DNA of 31,201 nucleotides from Allobaculum fili (GTDB lineage Bacteria; Bacillota_I; Bacilli_A; Erysipelotrichales; Erysipelotrichaceae): NCBI RefSeq assembly GCF_020969955.1, contig NZ_JAHDSX010000028.1, positions 1 to 31,201 of the forward strand, read 5' to 3'. Shown piece by piece: positions 24,810 to 31,201 of this stretch (position 1 is its first letter; each line of letters starts with the position of its first letter). The notes under the pieces were generated by a model. It saw only the letters and a program-made list of their open reading frames with translations, ran no database searches and was not told where the DNA came from. The position numbers and the translations under genes were made by a program.

Positions 24810-25607
24810 ATGAAAATTGTTGTATTAGCTAAACAGGTACCTGACTCAACCGAAATTACAGTCGACAAGAAAACCGGAACCCTCGTTCGTGACGGCGTAC
24901 CTTCCATCATCAACCCCGATGACCTCGCCGGTCTGGAAGCAGCTCTTGCTCTGAAAGACAAATCGGACGATGTAGTCGTTGAAGTCCTCTCCATGGGTCC
25001 ACCTCAGGCTGCCGGGATGCTCCAGGAAGCCATCGCCCGCGGCGCTGACAAAGCGTACCTTCTGACTGACCGTCGTCTTGGCGGTGCAGATACCTGCGCA
25101 ACCAGCCGCACCCTTGCTGCTGCGCTCGACAAAATCGGCTATGACCTGATCATTGCCGGACGTCAGGCGATTGACGGCGATACCGCTCAGGTTGGTCCGC
25201 AGACCGCTGAACGTCTGAACCTGCCCCAGGTAACTTATGTAGATGAAATTCTCGAAGTTGCTCCGGATCATGTTCGCGTAAGAAAATCTCTCGAAGATGA
25301 AGAACAGATCGTCGCTGTTAAACTGCCGGCTGTAATCACTACGCTTTCCGGCATGAACAAGCCTCGCTACATGAACTGCAACGACATTGTTGATTCCTTC
25401 AACAAGCCGGTTGTCATCATGACTTACGATGATCTCGCTGCAGATCTTCCGCTCAGCCAGATCGGTCTGGCCGGATCTCCGACCCAGGTTTACCGCACAT
25501 TCACAAAGGATGTAACGGCTGAAACGGAAACCTTCAACCTGTCCGCTGAAGAAACAGGTAAGAAAATCGCTGAAACTCTCAACGAGAAACAGCTGATCAA
25601 GAAGTAG
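24810..25607 (+). CDS. etfB: Electron transfer flavoprotein beta subunit
   Basis: 265-aa ORF with MKIVVLAKQVPDS...INPDDLAGLEAAL and GRQAIDGDTAQVGPQ, which are EtfB hallmarks. Confidence 0.9.
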   Translation: MKIVVLAKQVPDSTEITVDKKTGTLVRDGVPSIINPDDLAGLEAALALKDKSDDVVVEVLSMGPPQAAGMLQEAIARGADKAYLLTDRRLGGADTCATSRTLAAALDKIGYDLIIAGRQAIDGDTAQVGPQTAERLNLPQVTYVDEILEVAPDHVRVRKSLEDEEQIVAVKLPAVITTLSGMNKPRYMNCNDIVDSFNKPVVIMTYDDLAADLPLSQIGLAGSPTQVYRTFTKDVTAETETFNLSAEETGKKIAETLNEKQLIKK

Positions 25608-25618
25608 AAAGGATTGTC

Positions 25619-26680
25619 ATGGCTACATTTCCAGATTACAAAGATATTTACGTATTTGTAGAACAGAAAAATTCCCAGCCTGCGGAAGTCGGCTACGAAC
25701 TGATTAACAAAGCTCGTGAACTCGTTGATGCTTCTCCGGAACTTGGCTACAAAGTAGTCGGCGTTCTCCTTGGCGAAAACGTAAAAGACAAAGCAGCTGA
25801 CGTCATCGCTCACGGTGCTGATGAAGTTATCGTTGTCGATGATCCGAAGCTGAAAGACTACTCTACTCAGTTCTACACAGACGCTCTGACTCAGGTTATT
25901 GAAAAATTCAAACCTTCGTCTCTGCTGACCGGCGCTACCGTTCTCGGCCGCGACCTTGCACCGCGTGTTGCTGCACGTATCAACGCAGGTCTGACCGCTG
26001 ACGCTACCGGTATTGAAATTGGAAAGAACATCACCCTCGGCGGCGGCGCTGCTGCTCGTCAGATCCCGGATGATGACGCTCTCCTGCTCGTTACCCGTCC
26101 TACATTCGGCGGTAACCTGTTCGGTACAATCGTTTGCCCGAATACCCGTCCGCAGATGGCGACCATCCGTCCGAAAGTATTCGACATGGCAAAACCAGAT
26201 ACTTCCCGCAAGGGCGAAGTCGTTGAATTCACTCCAGAATGGAACGACACAGAAGCTGCAGTTGTTGTAGAAGGCATCGAACCAAAAGAAGCTGCCGGTG
26301 TAGATATCACCAAATGCGATATCCTCGTTGGCGTTGGCCGTGGTGCTGAAGGCGCTCTGCCTCTTTGCGAAGAACTCGCAAAACTGCTCGGCGGTGAAGT
26401 TGCCGGAACCCGTGCTGCTGTTGAAGACGGCTTCCTGGCTAAAGAAAGACAGGTTGGTCAGACTGGTAAAACCGTTCGTCCTAACCTTTACATTGCCTGC
26501 GGTATCTCCGGTGCCGTTCAGCATGTAGCGGGCATGGAAAAATCCGATTACATCATCGCGATCAACCGTGACCCGGAAGCAGAAATCTTCAAAATTGCCA
26601 ACCAGGGCTATGTTGGAACCGTTGAATCCGTTCTGCCGGTTCTGATTGAAGAAATCAAAGCGATCAAAGCTGCGAAGTAA
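25619..26680 (+). CDS. etfA: Electron transfer flavoprotein alpha subunit
   Basis: 353-aa ORF with the C-terminal FAD-binding block VGQTGKTVRPNLYIACGISGAVQHVAGM, typical of EtfA. Confidence 0.9.
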   Translation: MATFPDYKDIYVFVEQKNSQPAEVGYELINKARELVDASPELGYKVVGVLLGENVKDKAADVIAHGADEVIVVDDPKLKDYSTQFYTDALTQVIEKFKPSSLLTGATVLGRDLAPRVAARINAGLTADATGIEIGKNITLGGGAAARQIPDDDALLLVTRPTFGGNLFGTIVCPNTRPQMATIRPKVFDMAKPDTSRKGEVVEFTPEWNDTEAAVVVEGIEPKEAAGVDITKCDILVGVGRGAEGALPLCEELAKLLGGEVAGTRAAVEDGFLAKERQVGQTGKTVRPNLYIACGISGAVQHVAGMEKSDYIIAINRDPEAEIFKIANQGYVGTVESVLPVLIEEIKAIKAAK

Positions 26681-26893
26681 TAAACCTTTCTCTTCTCCAT
26701 ACGGTACGTTCGTACCGCATGGATCTGCTTCGCTCTTTATATGACGTACGGATTCATCTTTTCGGATCATCCGCACCCTCAGAAATTTCAGACACAGAAA
26801 CTCCCCGGCCGTTATGGCCTGGGAGCCTGTCGTCTTTGTTCTCATTATCGGACGGCGATCGATGACCGTCCCTGATCAAGGAGAGTAAAAAAC

Positions 26894-27733
26894 ATGAAAA
26901 AAATTGGTGTAGTTGGCGCTGGAACCATGGGGCAGGGCATTGCAAACGCATTTGCATCTGCCGGCAATAAAGTTACCGTCGTTGACGTTAAAAAAGAATG
27001 GGCCGAAAACGGCATCAACAAAATCTGCGCTGGCAAGGACAAACTCGTTGCCAAAGGCAAAATCACTCCGGAAGCTGCTGAAGCTGCAAAAGCCAACCTG
27101 GCTGCCGGCGTTTACGAAGATCTCGCTGACTGCGATCTGATTGTTGAAGCTGCTCTCGAACAGATGGCTCTGAAAAAAGACGTATTCTCAAAGCTCGATG
27201 AAATCGTTAAAGACGATGCCATCTTCGCTACGAACACTTCTTCTCTGTCCATCACAGAAATCGCTAACGGAATCAAGCATCCGGTAATCGGCATGCATTT
27301 CTTCAACCCGGCTGACCGCATGAAACTCGTAGAAGTTATCTCTGGCGCCAACACTCCAGAAGAAGTAAAAGACGAAGTTATCGCTACAGCCAAAGAAATT
27401 GGCAAAACACCGGTTGAAGTTAAAGAAGGACCTGGATTCGTTGTTAACCGCATTCTGATCCCGATGATCAATGAAGCTACCGGCATTCTTCAGGAAGGCC
27501 TCGCTTCTGTTGAAGATATCGATACCGCTATGCAGCTTGGTGCCAACCACCCCATGGGACCTCTGGCTCTTGGCGACCTGATCGGTCTGGATGTCGTTCT
27601 GGCTATCATGAACGTTCTCTATGACGAAACCGGCGATCCCAAGTACCGTCCGACAACTCTTCTCAAGAAGATGGTTCGCGCTGGCAAACTTGGCCGCAAA
27701 ACCGGCGAAGGCTTCTACAACTACAAGAAATAA
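26894..27733 (+). CDS. hbd: 3-hydroxybutyryl-CoA dehydrogenase
   Basis: 279-aa ORF with the NAD-binding motif [14 protein letters not shown] and the blocks [18 protein letters not shown] and GFVVNRIL. Ribosome-binding site AAGGAGAG. Confidence 0.9.
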   Translation: MKKIGVVGAGTMGQGIANAFASAGNKVTVVDVKKEWAENGINKICAGKDKLVAKGKITPEAAEAAKANLAAGVYEDLADCDLIVEAALEQMALKKDVFSKLDEIVKDDAIFATNTSSLSITEIANGIKHPVIGMHFFNPADRMKLVEVISGANTPEEVKDEVIATAKEIGKTPVEVKEGPGFVVNRILIPMINEATGILQEGLASVEDIDTAMQLGANHPMGPLALGDLIGLDVVLAIMNVLYDETGDPKYRPTTLLKKMVRAGKLGRKTGEGFYNYKK

Positions 27734-27746
27734 GCGCTTTGTCATC

Positions 27747-27790
27747 AAAGGGGGAGACGTTCGTTTCCCCCTTTCTTTACCTTTTCTTTC
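27747..27790 (+). terminator. Rho-independent terminator after hbd
   Basis: AAAGGGGGAGAC-GTTC-GTTTCCCCCTTT forms a stem of about 12 bp, followed by CTTTACCTTTTC. Confidence 0.7.
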
Positions 27791-27969
27791 TCTGTAATCC
27801 CCGCATTACAGGGTTCAAATTTTACCGTAAACCATATACTCGCTCAAATTATTCGGCCTGAAGCCGCGCAGTTTTTCTCTTTCAAATTTTTGCAGACGGT
27901 TTCACAGGTATGGATCTGTTTTCAGACTGTCCTGTTTTCGAATACTGAGCCGTGAAGAAAGGATCAATC

Positions 27970-28749
27970 ATGGATAAAGTACTTCTCGAGAAAAACGGAA
28001 ACGTTGCTCTGATCACCATCAATAACCCGAAAGCGCTCAATGCTCTTTCCACTGAAGTTCTGCAGGATCTCGAAGCTGCAGTAAACGACGTTAAAAACGA
28101 TGACGAAATCCGTGCCGTTGTTATTACCGGTGCTGGAAACAAATCGTTCGTTGCCGGCGCAGACATCGCCGAAATGAAAGACAAAACCGTAGAAGAAGCT
28201 GCTGAATACGGCGCCTTCGGAAACAAAGTCTTCCGCATGATCGAAACCATGGAAAAACCAGTGATCGCTGCCGTTAACGGCTTCGCACTCGGCGGCGGAA
28301 ACGAGCTGGCTATGGCCTGCGACATCCGTCTTGCTGCTGATACCGCTGTATTTGGTCAGCCGGAAGTCGGCCTGGGCATCACTCCGGGCTTTGGCGGAAC
28401 CCAGCGTCTGGCTCGCATCGTTCCTGTCGGCATCGCTAAGGAAATCATCTACACCGCTCGTAACATCAAAGCGCCGAAAGCCCTCGAAATTGGTCTGGTA
28501 AACGCTGTATATCCAGCCGAAGAACTCATGGCAGCTGCTATGAAGATGGCAAACGGCATCGCGAAAAACGCTCCAAAAGCCGTTGCTGCGTCTAAAGCAG
28601 CGATCAACGAAGGTCTCAACGAAACGATGGATGAAGGCATCCAGACCGAAGTAGAAAAATTCTCCGGATGCTTCGCAACCGAAGACCAGAAATACGGCAT
28701 GGACTGCTTCCTTAACAAAGTCAAAGACAAACAGTTCCAGAACAAGTAG
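27970..28749 (+). CDS. crt: Crotonase (short-chain enoyl-CoA hydratase / 3-hydroxybutyryl-CoA dehydratase)
   Basis: 259 aa counted from ATG 27970, with GAAAGGA upstream. Enoyl-CoA hydratase signatures are VITGAGNKSFVAGADI and AAVNGFALGGGNELAMACDIR. Confidence 0.9.
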   Translation: MDKVLLEKNGNVALITINNPKALNALSTEVLQDLEAAVNDVKNDDEIRAVVITGAGNKSFVAGADIAEMKDKTVEEAAEYGAFGNKVFRMIETMEKPVIAAVNGFALGGGNELAMACDIRLAADTAVFGQPEVGLGITPGFGGTQRLARIVPVGIAKEIIYTARNIKAPKALEIGLVNAVYPAEELMAAAMKMANGIAKNAPKAVAASKAAINEGLNETMDEGIQTEVEKFSGCFATEDQKYGMDCFLNKVKDKQFQNK

Positions 28750-28764
28750 TCAGGAGGACATTCA

Positions 28765-30315
28765 ATGTCGAAAGTTATTACTCCAGCTCAGGCAGCGGAT
28801 CTCGTTAAAGACGGCGACCGCATTGTCATGAGCGGATTTATTGGCATGTGCCATCCGCAGGAAGTAACGTATGCCATTGAAAAACGCTTCCTCGAAACCG
28901 GGCATCCAAGAGATCTTGATCTTCTTTTCCCGACAAACGTCGGTGACGGAACCGACGCGCTGGGCATGAACCATCTGGCACACGATGGACTGCTTCGTTC
29001 CATCGTCGGCGGACACTGGAACCTGGTTCCTGCCCTGCAGAAACTCGTTACGGAAAATAAGGTTCAGGCCTGGAACCTGCCGATCGGTACGCTGGCACAG
29101 CTTCTTCGTGAAATCGCCGGCAACCGTCCAGGCGTAATTACCAAAATCGGTCTGAACACGTTTGTCGACCCGCGTCTGCAGGGCGGCAAAATGAACGATG
29201 TCACCAAGGACGATCTCGTTGAACTGATGGTTATCGACGGAGAAGAATATCTCCGCTACAAATCGTTCAAGAAGATCAATGTCGGTGTCATTCGCGGAAC
29301 TTATGCGGATGAAAACGGTAATATGACCATGGAAAAAGAAGCTGCCTTCCTGGAAGCGCTGGCTATGGCTGAAGCCGTTAAAAATACCGGCGGTATCGTC
29401 ATCGCTCAGGTCGAAGACGTAGTCGCGAACGGAACGCTCAATCCAAAAGATGTCAAAGTACCTGGAATTCTGGTGGACTACATCGTAAAAGGCACTCCGG
29501 CAAACCACTGGCAGAGCTATCTTGATCCGTATAAACCGGAATTCTCCGGACAGATCAAGCGTCCTCTGGATGCCCTGGAACCCATGCCGCTGAACGCGCG
29601 TAAAGTTATCAGCCGTCGTGCGGCAATGGAACTTACGCCAAACGCGATCGTGAACCTGGGTATCGGTATTCCGGAAGGCATCGCCAATGTCGCCAACGAA
29701 GAAGGCCTCCCTGGTCTGAAAATGACCGTCGAAGCCGGAAACATCGGCGGCGTACCAGCCAGCGGCGTAGGCTTTGGCGCCTGCACCAACCCGGAATGCA
29801 CCATCGATTCGCCAGCCATGTTTGACTTCTATGACGGCGGCGGACTCGATCAGGCTTTCCTCGGTCTGGCGGAATGCGACAAAACCGGAAACATCAACGT
29901 TTCCCGTTTTGGTCCAAGAATCGCGGGCTGCGGCGGATTCATTAACATCACCCAGTCCACTCCGGTCGTTGTCTTCTGCGGTACATTCACTGCCGGCGGT
30001 CTGAAAGAAAAAATTGGCGACGGCAAGCTGGAAATTGTCAACGAAGGACGCATCAAGAAATTCAAGGACAGCGTAGAACAAGTTACGTTCTCTTCTGAAT
30101 TTGCAAAGAAAGCCGGACAGAAAGTTCTTTACGTTACTGAACGTGCCGTATTTGAATTGAAGGACGGCGTATTCACCCTCGTCGAAATCGCTCCTGGCGT
30201 TGACCTGCAGAAAGATATTCTCGATCAGATGGAATTCAAACCGGCGATCGCGGAAGATCTCAAGCTCATGGATGAGCGCATCTTCAAGGATGAGCCCATG
30301 GGCATGGTGAAATAA
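28765..30315 (+). CDS. Fused family I acyl-CoA:acetate CoA-transferase of the Pct/YdiF type
   Basis: 516-aa ORF alignable by eye along its full length to propionate CoA-transferase (Pct)/YdiF. Shared blocks are the TVEAGNIGGVP catalytic-Glu region, FDFYDGGGLD, NVSRFGPRIAGCGGFINITQ, VFCGTFTAGGL, YVTERAVFEL and the C-terminal LMDERIF. Confidence 0.85.
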   Translation: MSKVITPAQAADLVKDGDRIVMSGFIGMCHPQEVTYAIEKRFLETGHPRDLDLLFPTNVGDGTDALGMNHLAHDGLLRSIVGGHWNLVPALQKLVTENKVQAWNLPIGTLAQLLREIAGNRPGVITKIGLNTFVDPRLQGGKMNDVTKDDLVELMVIDGEEYLRYKSFKKINVGVIRGTYADENGNMTMEKEAAFLEALAMAEAVKNTGGIVIAQVEDVVANGTLNPKDVKVPGILVDYIVKGTPANHWQSYLDPYKPEFSGQIKRPLDALEPMPLNARKVISRRAAMELTPNAIVNLGIGIPEGIANVANEEGLPGLKMTVEAGNIGGVPASGVGFGACTNPECTIDSPAMFDFYDGGGLDQAFLGLAECDKTGNINVSRFGPRIAGCGGFINITQSTPVVVFCGTFTAGGLKEKIGDGKLEIVNEGRIKKFKDSVEQVTFSSEFAKKAGQKVLYVTERAVFELKDGVFTLVEIAPGVDLQKDILDQMEFKPAIAEDLKLMDERIFKDEPMGMVK

Positions 30316-30347
30316 GCCTTACCTAACCCAATCTTTATGAAAAAACG

Positions 30348-30384
30348 AACCTCTGGATTTTGAAAACAATCCAGAGGTTTTTTG
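30348..30384 (+). terminator. Rho-independent terminator ending the butyrate cluster
   Basis: Perfect 12-bp stem AACCTCTGGATT/AATCCAGAGGTT with an 8-nt loop, followed by TTTTTGTG. An A-run precedes the stem. Confidence 0.85.
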
Positions 30385-31108
30385 TGTGGTGGAGTGCAGG
30401 ACTTTGGTTACGCGTTTTTCTGTGCGCGTTTTCAAGCATCTTTCCTGTCTGTAAAAATAAGTCCCAGACAATCGGCATAGGATTTCGAAAGGTTTCACGT
30501 ATGCCGAAGCCCCGGAATTCGAGTAAGTCAGGGAGCGAAATGCTTTGAAAACTTGCTTTATGGATTTGGCTAAATTAGGGATCTGAACAGAGGAAGGTGT
30601 CTGTAAACGCCCAATAAGAATGCCCTTACAGAAGCGGGAAGGGAAAAGAAAACTCTTCGGCAAAAATCGGGAATACATCGGCATTCGATCGAATATTGTC
30701 GCATTTCTAAATAACTGTCCGGATTTTCTAAACAGAATTGAGGATATGTCCCTTATACGCAAACGGAGTGATTCATGATTCTTTAAGAACATCAGGTATA
30801 ATGAAAATATCCAAAGTTCAAAGGATCAGCGCGTTTTGACAAGCCATCGTTCTGCAAAACGGCGCACAGATTCTGGTCAGAGCTTTTGGAATCCTGTTTT
30901 TATTCCATATATGTTAGGAAGAGACCACCCGCTTGCCTTGCTTTTGCGGGTGCTTTATAAAGAATTACCAGTACTTGTAAATCACATTCAATTTTGTCTG
31001 TTCAAATATGAGGCCTCCAATGTCATTAAGTTAAGGAGGGATAAAAATCGTATACCCTGTTCATGAGCGTTGTTATTTCTTATATTTTGCGTCTCAGGCA
31101 TGACGAAA

Positions 31109-31142
31109 AGGATGATTTTCTACCTGTTGAAAAAATCATCCT
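31109..31142 (-). terminator. Hairpin terminator, probably for a minus-strand gene that starts beyond the right edge
   Basis: Perfect 11-bp stem AGGATGATTTT/AAAATCATCCT, followed on the minus strand by TTTTCGTC. A minus-strand frame entering from the window end stops at 31168-31170 (...EGRADTRKKK*), about 25 nt before the hairpin. Confidence 0.4.
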
Positions 31143-31201
31143 GATGACTTTTCGGTTTTCAAATCTGTCACTTCTTCTTTCTGGTATCAGCTCTTCCTTC
31201 T

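Noticed and set aside
25490-26845. 451-aa minus-strand ORF
   Set aside because: It is antisense to etfA and the end of etfB, so this is a shadow ORF.
27890-27907. Rex-like site TTGCAGAcggtTTCACAG upstream of crt
   Set aside because: The right half-site is good, but the left half-site matches only 4 of 7 positions. This is too weak to call.
27952-27969. Upstream start for crt (GTG at 27952)
   Set aside because: The GAAAGGA ribosome-binding site sits inside this extension. The ATG at 27970 gives the typical crotonase N-terminus.
28762-30081. 439-aa minus-strand ORF
   Set aside because: It is antisense to the CoA-transferase gene, so this is a shadow ORF.
30319-30792. 157-aa minus-strand ORF
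   Set aside because: It overlaps the strong terminator of the CoA-transferase gene, has no ribosome-binding site and no recognisable family, and is S/R/F-rich. It is probably spurious.
1-31201. Scan for CRISPR arrays, tRNA/rRNA genes, IS elements, integrases and prophage genes
   Set aside because: No regularly spaced repeats, cloverleaf-like tRNA candidates, transposase/integrase-like ORFs or terminal inverted repeats were found by eye. A computational scan (tRNAscan-SE, Infernal, ISfinder) would be needed to be definitive.

Overview
Bacillota-type chromosomal window of about 50% GC with three blocks. (1) Core translation and transcription genes. rqcH lies on the minus strand. On the plus strand are gmk and the conserved rimP-nusA-ylxR-ylxQ-infB-rbfA operon, which has a promoter plus leader terminator upstream of rimP and a second terminator-like hairpin upstream of infB. 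(2) An accessory block from 8.9 to 20.8 kb replaces the usual truB/ribF continuation after rbfA. It holds a membrane-tethered anthrax-lethal-factor-like (ATLF, peptidase M34-like) zinc metalloprotease, two tandem paralogous giant secreted proteins (1741 and 1394 aa), and a solitary Panacea/DUF4065 (SocA-like antitoxin-domain) gene. Each giant protein has LamG lectin-like modules, a catalytically dead SGNH domain, an intact SGNH/GDSL esterase domain and a FIVAR-like tail, with no recognisable cell-wall anchor. (3) A complete acetyl-CoA to butyrate pathway: thl is divergent from bcd-etfB-etfA, hbd, crt and a fused Pct/YdiF-type family I CoA-transferase. Rex-operator-like palindromes sit at both divergent promoters, and about 1 kb of the spacer between them is unexplained and has no convincing ORF. 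The best candidate for something undescribed is the protease plus dual dead/live esterase mega-protein locus. No CRISPR array, tRNA/rRNA, transposase or integrase was seen. All domain calls come from motif recognition by eye and were not confirmed by searches.
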